A stretch of 32,000 nucleotides of DNA from Promethearchaeota archaeon (GCA_048938105.1 JBHLMN010000005.1:207036-239035), one strand, 5' to 3'. Positions 20,601 to 29,085 are shown, counted from the stretch's first letter. The notes: generated from the sequence alone by a model not told the origin. Translations and numbers: made by a program.

Positions 20601-21918
20601 CCATAAATGTAGAGGGATCATTTTGATTATTCCATTCTGTCAAAATCCAATCCGATGTCCGATCTGTACCAATAACTCTCATCTCATCTAAAGTACCATG
20701 CATGTCATTCTTTGGCCCACCCGTTACCCCAGCTAATCGAAGCTCTTCAGCCGTATTTTTCATGGCAATATAACTTCCACTCATCCGCCTAAAACTGGAA
20801 TTATCTTGACCATTTAGAAATACACTAAGACCTTCCTCTGTTGAATCACCGTTGTATACCCAATGAATTAAGTACCAATTTCCCACTTCCAAAGAATCAG
20901 AGCTATAAACACGTATATATGAAGAAGGAGAATCATGACCATAACATACAAGATATAATCTGCCATTAGACGAAAGGGTAGTGAAATATTCACGATTTGA
21001 AAAAGTTTTAGAAAAAATAATCTGCTCACGGTTTATCTCACTTGGTTTATACCATACACTTAAGGTAAAAGGAAAATCCTTTATTCCATTTCCAAATGAA
21101 AAGTCATCATGATCAGGAAGTTCAATGAACTTATCACTTCCATCGACATACTTTCCTCCTGCGATGTGTCCATCCGCATTCAGGGCACCATAATTCGTTC
21201 CATTATGATGATTTGTTGTGGAATCATCAAAATTGTATTCATTTAAATGCCATACCGCATGGTACTCATTATCCCAAACATTTTCCAAATCTTGTTGACT
21301 AGAAATAGTATTATTCCCATAATACATCAAAATTGTAGTATCACTACTTGTGGATAAAGATGGTATCCGAACCCATGCAGTTAATTCTCCATTTGTACCA
21401 TTATAGAATTCAATTTCATGATCTAACTGCGTTGTACCCTGATAAAACGCAATGTCATCTCCATCATCCTGTGCATAATCAGCTAAATCGGAATCAATAG
21501 TATTTATAAGAATAGTAAAATTTGTGTGACTGCCAGAACCACTAATATCATCAGAATCAAGTGTTATTTTTTTTCGATAATTCCACGTGTTAAAATATAA
21601 TCCTCCTGATATAAAGTTCCACATATCATCATCCGAATCATCCATTATCTCGGAAGATATTGTATGTTCTCCCACAAAAAACGGATTTTTCTCCGTAATA
21701 TTTTGAAATCCCCCATCTGACGATTCAGTATCACTATGATCGCCTGAACTTGAACTAGAATTCTCTGTACTGTCCGAAATAAATACTTTTGTATCTTTTA
21801 CATCTTCCATTGAACTAAGACTGTATAATATTAGCATACATACCAAAAAAACAGAAATTAAAACCAGCTTTTTTCTCCTATTACTCATTATCAACTCACT
21901 TTTTCTTCTCATTTTCAA
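17656..21918 (-). CDS. Giant surface protein: DUF2341, LamG, two tandem similar domains, second DUF2341 interrupted by a BNR-type beta-propeller
   Basis: WNYRKKITLDSDDISG...TILMYYGNNT (DUF2341); WHLNEYNFDDSTTNHHNGTNYG...ELPDHDDFSFG...MHGTLDEMRV (LamG); GWDYRKLLF...VIYLYYGNST (DUF2341); HGSPAVYVTNDGYIHVFAGSHND, HLHYREIYGG (BNR_4-like). The track start is TTG; MSNRRKKLVLISVFLVCMLILYSL at 21885 is a likelier start. Confidence 0.85.
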   Translation of the reverse strand: MKMRRKSELIMSNRRKKLVLISVFLVCMLILYSLSSMEDVKDTKVFISDSTENSSSSSGDHSDTESSDGGFQNITEKNPFFVGEHTISSEIMDDSDDDMWNFISGGLYFNTWNYRKKITLDSDDISGSGSHTNFTILINTIDSDLADYAQDDGDDIAFYQGTTQLDHEIEFYNGTNGELTAWVRIPSLSTSSDTTILMYYGNNTISSQQDLENVWDNEYHAVWHLNEYNFDDSTTNHHNGTNYGALNADGHIAGGKYVDGSDKFIELPDHDDFSFGNGIKDFPFTLSVWYKPSEINREQIIFSKTFSNREYFTTLSSNGRLYLVCYGHDSPSSYIRVYSSDSLEVGNWYLIHWVYNGDSTEEGLSVFLNGQDNSSFRRMSGSYIAMKNTAEELRLAGVTGGPKNDMHGTLDEMRVIGTDRTSDWILTEWNNQNDPSTFMDFGNQEEAGAYTHYTTSDEVRVGDLSAIATNFGQMRFQINLNQGVTILSATLTLWEIVDGTTGNTIVERIDETNVGSLEADTVMPVVTSQNSVDYEWDKTGNEWRVVDITAMMQDQVNLAGWQSEYYFGVRFIMVSEITASNSFEDYSHPDSHHAYVNISYQEELSRNLVVPIAAGMDDDYWQYKSGWTHHTEETIGRLCYDDKRGRAYSNFRWSLAIPQYSTIQYATVTVWEIQEFIEYDATIRRINESNVGPLERDSVIPEVVDTNIAHHTFNKNAGEWITTDITDMLQDQVNLADWSSGNYFGVQFSLDRYLSYSLATDNQLEAYEHVNSHHAFVNVTYIEKVSWLKGWDYRKLLFIPRDVSTGQNYVIPLDVYYGDYFQSSLDHGIRVFTDGKCQVDFDDIRFTDDQGKTLPNYWLERTYEEDSSYRYFTNSSVFHGHYPYNYPAAYYYNNRTYLVFQGDLDQSSNQHYMNIHITYYDHENDTWGDVVYISENVLGYTDGHGSPAVYVTNDGYIHVFAGSHNDYFQHYVSQTPESIQSWTHVNEGNMTGVWGTSDDGSPDQTYAHLFYDSTNDVVHLHYREIYGGVGLVIAYCNSTDGGYTWSNSQTIIDLNLNGGANAERPYQEQGELDPNNPEILHLVWKRYNITRSVQYESIFYAYLNVTSGHLFNASDYDMGTMINNTEQYSCWVYDSETDPCASETVHVDSNSNPYIMWGIIDGRQEKVMFRYWNETSSSWSAVEEVNQGFYRNSPTIDFVVHDSTNITAYIGAPTRDFAQYSWNGKIWTLEETIFDYVSGKGWHYGLIPRGGYDQELIIYNTEWHIAGSDFDFVKLYAWGSKGFLNGTIGKHARFWVELDGDLSTSNQVIYLYYGNSTATSLSSSLDVNNAVEILYGSEENVFLVDDFHLQWEHQAVGIPQDEPVYSITINGVVSAGENVSIELWDGSWLNSNISIDNDSLQGEMIFLMVKHNFQKKKEEM

Positions 21919-22044
21919 TTAAAGGTTTTTCTTTGACAACTTCGTAAAAGGTTGGATTAATACCATTCTCTTTTCTAGTAATTCAGGATTCTTATTCCTA
22001 TTTAGAATAAAACGACCTTTCCTTTTTTTTATATACGAATTCAT
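21919..22044 (-). CDS. Small basic ORF (41 aa) containing VLIQPFTKL; possible gene remnant
   Basis: MNSYIKKRKGRFILNRNKNPELLEKRMVLIQPFTKLSKKNL*; carries copy B of the dispersed motif. Confidence 0.3.
   Translation of the reverse strand: MNSYIKKRKGRFILNRNKNPELLEKRMVLIQPFTKLSKKNL
21936..21963 (+). repeat. Dispersed 28-nt motif, copy B
   Basis: ACAACTTCGTAAAAGGTTGGATTAATAC; 24/28 identical to 29442-29469. Confidence 0.45.
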
Positions 22045-22109
22045 TTATAATCATGCTAAAATATCTAATTCTTTTCTGTCAAGTCTAATTCACTTTATTA
22101 CTTATTTCG

Positions 22110-22135
22110 TGAGTTTTTTCTTTATAAGAAACTCA
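22110..22135. other. Short hairpin TGAGTTT...AAACTCA
   Basis: 7-nt inverted repeat with 12-nt loop upstream of the giant gene. Confidence 0.3.
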
Positions 22136-22278
22136 TGTAATATACGTACCACATGCACTATTTAAAGCTTACGAAATACCCGTAACACCCGAAACTTGTA
22201 TAAAAGTGAATGTTCCATCGATAATGATTGAAAATGTAAAACATTGCTTTGGTGTTCATAGTTCGAAAAAGCTCCATA

Positions 22279-22547
22279 GTTTTAATACATTTACATTTGT
22301 TTTCTCTGAAATTTCAGATTGTTTGGCAAACCATTCCCCGACAAAAGCGGGTTTGAAGGTCCCTTTGATATAATCTAGGTCATATGTTGAACTTCTTCAT
22401 AGAGTTGTACTTTGATGCAGGATTGGAAGTACCGTTCAGCTACTTCATAGATGAGTTTCGACATAGTTTTAATATATTTACATTCGCTTTCTCTGAAGTT
22501 TCAGACTGTTTGGCAAACCATTCCCCGACAAAAGCGAGTTTGAAGGT
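22279..22547 (-). pseudogene. Duplicated fragment of a decayed coding sequence (TFKPAFVGEWFAKQSEISEKTNVNVLKL / TFKLAFVGEWFAKQSETSEKANVNILKL)
   Basis: About 82-nt imperfect direct repeat (22279-22360 and 22467-22548) with 6 mismatches; both copies read as similar peptides on the minus strand, with stops and frameshifts around them. Confidence 0.55.
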
Positions 22548-22693
22548 CACCCTGAAGTAATTCTATCTTGGTTAAATGAATTTTAATTCTTAAGTTGAAA
22601 TTTCTCAATCAAGAACCTACATTGTAAAAGCTATCTAAGTCGAATATCAAACTACTATATTCTTAGAAAAATTAGAATAAAAGGTGAAAAAAC

Positions 22694-22858
22694 ATGTCAT
22701 TTAGGAATGTTTCACGAAAAAAAATAGCACTTGCACTCCTGTTTCTAATAGTTTTAGGGATGGGTATCTGGGGGGGTGTCACTAACTTTTTTGACAGAGC
22801 TGCTACAATCGAACTGCTAAAAGAAAGACTTGGGTTGCTTGGTATCAACATAATATAA
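22694..22858 (+). CDS. Small single-TM protein (54 aa), missed by the ORF track
   Basis: MSFRNVSRKKIALALLFLIVLGMGIWGGVTNFFDRAATIELLKERLGLLGINII*; preceded by AAGGTGA. Confidence 0.6.
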   Translation: MSFRNVSRKKIALALLFLIVLGMGIWGGVTNFFDRAATIELLKERLGLLGINII

Positions 22859-23047
22859 CAAGTCTGTTCTTTGAAGAAAAAAGCCTAATATTAGTCGTTG
22901 CTTCTGGCGGAGGGAGTGAATTGTATTCCCGTCACATTGTTGGAATGATGGAAGACATTACAATCTTTACTATTGCATTGAGAAACATATTTATCAAGAG
23001 GCCTTAGTACTTTGAACCAAAATAACTTATATTGAGGTAAAATTATT

Positions 23048-25099
23048 ATGGAACCGCAAAAAACCATACTTTTACTCAATGCAAGTAACCTTAAGACTGC
23101 GTTGATGTATCCTTACGCGTTCGTTCAAGTTTCAGAGATTGCAGACAGATTTGGCATTCATACTGTCCGTAACGATATGTATGGGATTTCAGAAGACCAA
23201 TGGGAGGCCAATCTACAGAAGTTGCTTAAAAAAAAACTCTTCGATATGATATTAATTACATTGAGAAACACAGACACCTGTGATTCAAATGATTATCGTA
23301 AGCGGTCTAAGAATACTAATTACCACCAACAGAATGTTTTTCAACCACCTGAACCACTAAATTATTATCCAATCGACGCTACAAAACTTCTAATTCAAAT
23401 TCTTCGGAAACTAACTAATATTCCTATTGTCATTGGAGGATATGCTTTTTCAAAATTATGTTTGGTTATGCCAGAAAGGATAATGAAATACCTCCAACCC
23501 GATTATGGTGTCATTGGAGGGCCTGACGCCTTTTTTAAACATTTTGAAGACATATTAGATAGACAAGATTTAGATCAGATTGCCAATCTAGTCTATTATC
23601 ATTCAGGGGCTCTCCAAACAGGGCCACGCCAGTTTTTTCCCCCAGCACCCCGTCGTGAGTATACGGATGAAATCATTGCAGACCGACTGGTTTTCTATTC
23701 TAGGTTTCCAGGGGACAATGGAGAACTTAGCTCTGTTCCCATAGAAGCGGTTCGGGGTTGCGCAATGAAATGTTCATTTTGCTCAGAACCTTTAGTTGAG
23801 GGGAGAAAGGTACAACACAGAGATTTAGACGTAATCGAAGATGAAATCAACTTTCTTAGGAAGTATCGGTTGAATCAACTGTTTTTTATATGTTCTGAAA
23901 TTAACACTGACAGTAATGAATATCTGATGAACCTCGCAGATCGCATAATTGAAATTAACGAAGAGAGGGAGGAATACGAGAAAATATCATGGTACGTCCT
24001 ACATCTTATGACTCTCTCTACTGATGAATTGAAACACATCAGAAAAGCGGGTTTTCTCGAAGGTTCAAATGATGTTGTTTCTCTGGATGATAACAATCTT
24101 GCAGCAACTAAGGCTCCTCTAAGGACTAATCAAATCATCAGATTTTTTACTCAAGCAAAAAAACTGGTCAGGGAAGAGTTTAGACAAAATGGGAGAAAAT
24201 TTTACTCCTTAGAGGAACGTATATTCAGATATCCCCAGTCTTTGAACCCTGATGACTTTATGAATGCTTGGAATATCTTTCTCGGAAACATAGAAGTTAC
24301 CCCCAAAACTATCCGAACCACATTAAAAAGGGCAGATGAAGCCAAACTTAACCAATTCTTTGATTCTTGTTATGTTAATAAGGCAACAAGATTATACGAT
24401 TATATACATCCAACTGATGAAATATTAAAATACACATGGTCATCAGTCAACGGAATAGTCAAAAAATCATATAATGAACTGTATCCTTCTTTTGTATATC
24501 CTCCAGCACTTTTACGTCATTTTGGTAGTGATGAGGTTTTAGAAGAGTTTTTTGAATTGGTAGGAGATACTTACCTCTCGCTCAGACATCTCTTCAAGAA
24601 GGATTGGAATTGGTTTTTAGCTAATAATCTAGATTCAAAAACTTTCTTATTCTGGTGGAATTCATCAATTGAATCTCAATTTGATTTCAATAACTTTACA
24701 CAGATACCAGAGGTTCTGGATTTTCTCTCTTTTCTACGTAATAATCCTTCGGCAAATAATATCAACCTATTCTTCAATCCAACACCAGGTAGAAGGCCCC
24801 TAATGAATTTTGCAGCCAATATAGCTGTACAATTTGTGTTATTTTCTCAAGAAAAAGATCTTACTCCAATCATGCAGTATCTTGGCTTGCCTCCAAATCT
24901 TGAAGCCACTCTGAATCTTTCCCCCTACAAAGTTGCGGTGAAGTTCTTTGAACGTTATTCAAATAAAGATGAATTGTATTTAATCATAAATGAAAGTTCA
25001 TTTAACAAAGCTCTCTCTAGGTTCTTTGTTGATTACTTGATTTATCTCAATAATATTCCTTTCAAAGCTGAATATCAGATATTTTTTGTCCCTAGTTAA
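23048..25099 (+). CDS. B12-binding-like / radical SAM protein
   Basis: GCAMKCSFCSEP gives CxxxCxxC; N-terminal Rossmann-like IPIVIGGYAF...YGVIGGPDAFFKHF; long uncharacterised C-terminus. Confidence 0.85.
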   Translation: MEPQKTILLLNASNLKTALMYPYAFVQVSEIADRFGIHTVRNDMYGISEDQWEANLQKLLKKKLFDMILITLRNTDTCDSNDYRKRSKNTNYHQQNVFQPPEPLNYYPIDATKLLIQILRKLTNIPIVIGGYAFSKLCLVMPERIMKYLQPDYGVIGGPDAFFKHFEDILDRQDLDQIANLVYYHSGALQTGPRQFFPPAPRREYTDEIIADRLVFYSRFPGDNGELSSVPIEAVRGCAMKCSFCSEPLVEGRKVQHRDLDVIEDEINFLRKYRLNQLFFICSEINTDSNEYLMNLADRIIEINEEREEYEKISWYVLHLMTLSTDELKHIRKAGFLEGSNDVVSLDDNNLAATKAPLRTNQIIRFFTQAKKLVREEFRQNGRKFYSLEERIFRYPQSLNPDDFMNAWNIFLGNIEVTPKTIRTTLKRADEAKLNQFFDSCYVNKATRLYDYIHPTDEILKYTWSSVNGIVKKSYNELYPSFVYPPALLRHFGSDEVLEEFFELVGDTYLSLRHLFKKDWNWFLANNLDSKTFLFWWNSSIESQFDFNNFTQIPEVLDFLSFLRNNPSANNINLFFNPTPGRRPLMNFAANIAVQFVLFSQEKDLTPIMQYLGLPPNLEATLNLSPYKVAVKFFERYSNKDELYLIINESSFNKALSRFFVDYLIYLNNIPFKAEYQIFFVPS

Positions 25100-25169
25100 T
25101 TCAATTTAGAAGTCCTTTGGCTTAAAATGATAAATCCGAAAACTCATTCTTTGGCGTTAAGGTGAGGAA

Positions 25170-25397
25170 TTGAATTTATTAAAAATAGTAGGGGGTCTTA
25201 TAATCATATTAGGTGCTTGTATCACTTTAATAAGTCCCTTTATTTTGCTTGTTGGTCTCGGTATGTTAGAAAATACATCTGATACTTTTTTAGGATTTGA
25301 AATAACTCAATTCACTGGAATTGTGTTAGCAGGAGTGGTATTCATTGTTGGAGCTATCATAGTCCTCATTGGAAAAGGCCTCTGGGGACGAGAATAA
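25170..25397 (+). CDS. Small two-TM membrane protein (TTG start)
   Basis: MNLLKIVGGLIIILGACITLISPFILLVGLGMLEN...TGIVLAGVVFIVGAIIVLIGKGLWGRE; GGTGAG upstream. Confidence 0.6.
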   Translation: MNLLKIVGGLIIILGACITLISPFILLVGLGMLENTSDTFLGFEITQFTGIVLAGVVFIVGAIIVLIGKGLWGRE

Positions 25398-25563
25398 TCT
25401 CTATCTCTAAGAAACGTTTTCTAGAATAATTCCATTAAGACCAGAGACTCAGGGGACAAAATCTTTGTTAATGTTATTTCAAGGCATATAAAATACAAAT
25501 ATGTACATAATATTGATTTTTAAAGTCCGTTTTGATTAGTAAAATACATCACTTATTAATTAA

Positions 25564-26778
25564 ATGAATAAAGAAGGGTTAATGGTGGAGAAAACTGAAT
25601 CAAATTCTTTTGAGATTTTTCCTTACAGGTGGATTGTGTTAGTACTTTTTATGTTTGTTGGGATTCTTACCCAAATTATCTGGATAACCTTCGCACCAAT
25701 AATGAATGAAGTAACTAGTTATTATAATGTAACTAGTGACGCTATTTTGTTACTAGCTGCTAGCTTTATGATTCTCTATATTCCAGTGAATTTCCCTGCT
25801 TGTTGGTTAATAGATAAATACGGTTTAAAATGGGGAACTGGGATAGGTGTCATACTCACAGGTATTTTTGGCTTTCTAAGAGCATTTACAGGGACTAATT
25901 TTCTCTTTCTTTTATTTTGCCAGATAATGGTAGCTATTGGTCAACCTTTCGTTTTGAATTCATTTACAAAAGTTGCTGTCAACTGGTTCCCCGAGGAAGA
26001 GAAGGCTACTGCGACTGGTTTAGGAACTATGGCATTATTTATCGGGATAATAATTACGATGATTGCTACTTACCCCCTTTATGCGTTAAATGGTATAGAA
26101 TTTGTATTACTCGTCTATGGATTGTTGGCCTTGATTTCAATGATACTATATCTGTTATTTGTGAAAGATAAACCCTCACAACCACCCAATCCATATTTTC
26201 GGGAAAAAACGTTCCAAACTAAAGGAATGAAGAATTTATTCAAAAATAGAGATTTCAACTTACTCATCTTTCTATTTTTTGCTGGTTTAGGAATATTCAA
26301 CGCTTTATTGAGTGCTATTGATGATATTTTCATTAGGTTCTCTCCTGATACTGGGATAATTGGGGGATTGATCATATTGGGTGGAATTTTTGGTGCAGTT
26401 ATCCTTTCTTCTCTATCAGATAAATTCGGTAAGCGTAAAATCTTTTTGAATGTTGCTTTGATTGTAAGTACACCTTTAGTACTTCTCCTAGGGTTTACTG
26501 GTTCTGAGGATTTTATATTAACAGTAATATTAGCTTTTATCTTTGGTTTCATATTAGTACCGGCATTACCCGTTGGATTAACGTATGCAGCTGAAATAAC
26601 CCATCCTGTACCAGAAGAAAGCTCCAATGGTGTGTTAATGATGTTTGGTCAGTTAGGAGGGATAATATTCCTAATTATACCAGAAATGATTCTATTTGCA
26701 GCTGTCTTTGGAATAGCAGCCATTTTGAGCCTTTTAATGAAAGATTCAGATGCCTATCAGGTGAAAAATGACCAATAA
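25564..26778 (+). CDS. Major facilitator superfamily transporter
   Basis: About 12 TM segments; NWFPEEEKATATGLGTMALFIG and LSDKFGKRKIFL motifs. Confidence 0.9.
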   Translation: MNKEGLMVEKTESNSFEIFPYRWIVLVLFMFVGILTQIIWITFAPIMNEVTSYYNVTSDAILLLAASFMILYIPVNFPACWLIDKYGLKWGTGIGVILTGIFGFLRAFTGTNFLFLLFCQIMVAIGQPFVLNSFTKVAVNWFPEEEKATATGLGTMALFIGIIITMIATYPLYALNGIEFVLLVYGLLALISMILYLLFVKDKPSQPPNPYFREKTFQTKGMKNLFKNRDFNLLIFLFFAGLGIFNALLSAIDDIFIRFSPDTGIIGGLIILGGIFGAVILSSLSDKFGKRKIFLNVALIVSTPLVLLLGFTGSEDFILTVILAFIFGFILVPALPVGLTYAAEITHPVPEESSNGVLMMFGQLGGIIFLIIPEMILFAAVFGIAAILSLLMKDSDAYQVKNDQ

Positions 26779-27073
26779 CTTGTTTTAACCTAATCCATTT
26801 CTGAATACTCGGATATGTGTTTGATAGCCAAATCCCTATAATAATGGTTAAAATGAGAATAAAATGATTTAAATGGCGATTATTGAAGAAACAAAACAAC
26901 TGGAAAAGATAATTTCTAATACTAGTTATTTAATCGTTTTCTTATAAAAAAATATATAATTAAGAATATATCTCATCTCAAATAACCTTTTAGAATCAAT
27001 ATACTCAACCAATCCTAGATGAGATTAAAAAAGAAATACATTAACAAGCATTCATCTTTTCTCCGTTAAATTA

Positions 27074-28300
27074 GTGATAACTTATGGGGCTGCCTTCGTG
27101 AGTTCTAAAAGAGTCAAATCTCGCTCTAATGAAATCTTAACCTTAGCTTATACTTTTAAAACTTATACAAAACGATTTAAGCGATCCTTCTACATGATTC
27201 TTGACCGAAAGAATCCTATACAGCTAAAACAATTCCCAGATGAATTTCTCAATGCATTTAATAATGTAAAAACCCCTGGAGTTGCGTTAAAACATTATTA
27301 TAAGTTAATTTTACTGTTATTCTTAGCTAGAAATGACTTCACCGATTTAAGTAAAAATGAAATCGATGTAATTTTCACGGAGGTTGGAGTTGAATTATCA
27401 ATAGATGTGTGGAAGAAATTAACAGGGCACCTAAGCAATAATTCTGACAATCTTATATACAAAATGAGGTTGGGGAAAGACACCAGATTATTATTTTCCT
27501 CTAATAAAGATTTAATTAAGATAATGGAGAGATTAATTTCAAATTCTCAATCTAGTGAACCTCCTCACGACTATTCATTAGCAATATTTAGTAAAACGGC
27601 TCCTAAGGATAAGAATAACGTTGATTATTGCTTAGATTTTTCTAACTATTTCAAAACAGGGATGCCTTCAGAGGATCAATGGTTAAGCATTGAGGATGAA
27701 ATAACGACAGCAATTGAAAATATCTATGAAACTCATTTTGACACAACCCTTCTATTAAAAGAATGTAAGCCTCATACTTCTCTTGCTTTCATTCTAGGCC
27801 ATTCGGTTAATTATTTTGAAAGTCTAAAGTTATTTATTTATCAGAACGGTCAATATTGGGAATACGAAAAGATAAATGAGAATATTTATGCCTCTAATCA
27901 CTGGACTCTTTCTACTAAATACAGAAAACCTGTAAATGAAGATGAAATAAACGTCATGATAAGTGTTAGTGACCCAATTATACGATATGTTGAAAAATAC
28001 CTTCAAAAAGATAAAGAAAAGACAAAATTCACAATTCACTTTTCAATCAAACCAGAACCACAAGTAAACAGTATTACTGATCAAAATGATGCGTTGAAGA
28101 AAATTGATGCTATTTACACATACCTTACACGGCTTAAAGCAAAAATCCCTTATATAAAGATTCACCTATTCTTATGGGCTCCTGTAGCTTTCATAGTATT
28201 ACTTGGAATGAGACTTGCCTCGGTAGCCCGGGTTCAATTATATGAGTTTGACCAAAAAGCAGGAAATTTTGTGCCTAGCATTTTACTAGATCGATATTAA
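27074..28300 (+). CDS. SAVED-domain protein with uncharacterised (possibly winged-helix) N-terminal region
   Basis: LDFSNYFKTGMPSEDQWLSIEDEI...HTSLAFILGHSVNYFESLKLFIYQNGQYWEY and YIKIHLFLWAPVAFIVLLGMRLASVARVQLYEFDQKAGNFVPSILLD match the two-half SAVED pattern. Alternative GTG start at 27098. Confidence 0.75.
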   Translation: MITYGAAFVSSKRVKSRSNEILTLAYTFKTYTKRFKRSFYMILDRKNPIQLKQFPDEFLNAFNNVKTPGVALKHYYKLILLLFLARNDFTDLSKNEIDVIFTEVGVELSIDVWKKLTGHLSNNSDNLIYKMRLGKDTRLLFSSNKDLIKIMERLISNSQSSEPPHDYSLAIFSKTAPKDKNNVDYCLDFSNYFKTGMPSEDQWLSIEDEITTAIENIYETHFDTTLLLKECKPHTSLAFILGHSVNYFESLKLFIYQNGQYWEYEKINENIYASNHWTLSTKYRKPVNEDEINVMISVSDPIIRYVEKYLQKDKEKTKFTIHFSIKPEPQVNSITDQNDALKKIDAIYTYLTRLKAKIPYIKIHLFLWAPVAFIVLLGMRLASVARVQLYEFDQKAGNFVPSILLDRY

Positions 28301-28611
28301 CCTTTATTTTTCAACAAATGCCATTAAAACACCGTTTGAATTCCTAAAGATGGTTAAATCTAATTTCTTGTATTTTTCGCACAATGTCGCACTTTCATGA
28401 ACTTGAAAGAATTAGCTTATTTTCTCTTGAAAAGTAATTTAATAAGTTTATTTTCCATTTAAGTTACTAATTTAATTTATTTTATAGTCTTAAAGTTGCA
28501 CTTATTTGCACTGCTTGTTTAAAACCATAAAATTTAAATACAATTCCGAAAAAGAATATCCTTGACCATAAATCAATGGTCAATATAAGTTTGACTACAA
28601 AGGTGAAAAGC

Positions 28612-28674
28612 ATGACAGAAAAAGAGAAGAAACCAAAAACTAAAAAACCCCGAGCTAAGAAAACAAAGAAATAA
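28612..28674 (+). CDS. Lysine/proline-rich micro-ORF (20 aa)
   Basis: MTEKEKKPKTKKPRAKKTKK*; preceded by AAAGGTGAAAAGC. Confidence 0.35.
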   Translation: MTEKEKKPKTKKPRAKKTKK

Positions 28675-28720
28675 CTTGATAAAATCTTAGTAAAACAACT
28701 AATAGAAAAAGGTGAAAGAT

Positions 28721-28843
28721 ATGAAGAAAGCTCCAAAGAGGAAAGTTCCTCAGAAGAAACCAATCTATGAAGAAGAGGAAGAAGAGGAAGAAGAGGACTG
28801 GGAAGACGAAGACGACGAAGATTGGGATGATGAGGATAATTAA
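28721..28843 (+). CDS. Charged micro-ORF, basic N-terminus and Asp/Glu/Trp tail (40 aa)
   Basis: MKKAPKRKVPQKKPIYEEEEEEEEEDWEDEDDEDWDDEDN*; preceded by AAAAAGGTGAAAGAT. Confidence 0.5.
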   Translation: MKKAPKRKVPQKKPIYEEEEEEEEEDWEDEDDEDWDDEDN

Positions 28844-28872
28844 CCTTTTACATTAAAATAGAATATAATACT

Positions 28873-28906
28873 AGGTGATTTTCCCTCTAATAAAGGGAAA
28901 TCACCT
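28873..28906. terminator. Strong hairpin between convergent ORFs
   Basis: AGGTGATTTTCCCT...AGGGAAATCACCT, about 13-bp stem with one bulge, 30 nt after the 28843 stop codon. Confidence 0.5.
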
Positions 28907-28913
28907 TTAATTC

Positions 28914-29033
28914 TCAAATAAAAGTTTTTTCAAGTCCCTCAATTATTTTTATAATATCATACTCTTTTTCTGGTAAGATCGAAGACATTATCTCTCCTAA
29001 TATCTCATCAAGACAATTAGAATTTATATTCAC
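28914..29033 (-). CDS. Possible small helical ORF (39 aa, GTG start)
   Basis: MNINSNCLDEILGEIMSSILPEKEYDIIKIIEGLEKTFI*. Confidence 0.3.
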   Translation of the reverse strand: MNINSNCLDEILGEIMSSILPEKEYDIIKIIEGLEKTFI

Positions 29034-29085
29034 ATTCAATCGCTATTGATAGTCCTATTTTCTATCGTTATTAATTCATTTTGAA

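Noticed and set aside
22891-23079. 62-aa minus-strand ORF before the radical-SAM gene
   Set aside because: Overlaps the start of the radical-SAM gene antisense, no supporting motif. The plus frame opposite it also lacks a convincing start codon.
26115-26627. 170-aa minus-strand ORF
   Set aside because: Entirely antisense to the well-supported MFS transporter gene.
27074-28300. Complete CBASS or type III CRISPR operon around the SAVED protein
   Set aside because: No CD-NTase, Cas10, ring nuclease or CRISPR array visible in the window; neighbours are an MFS transporter and charged micro-ORFs.
28482-28763. 93-aa hydrophobic minus-strand ORF in the track
   Set aside because: It is antisense to the two charged micro-ORFs, and its composition is the reverse complement of Lys/Glu-rich codons.
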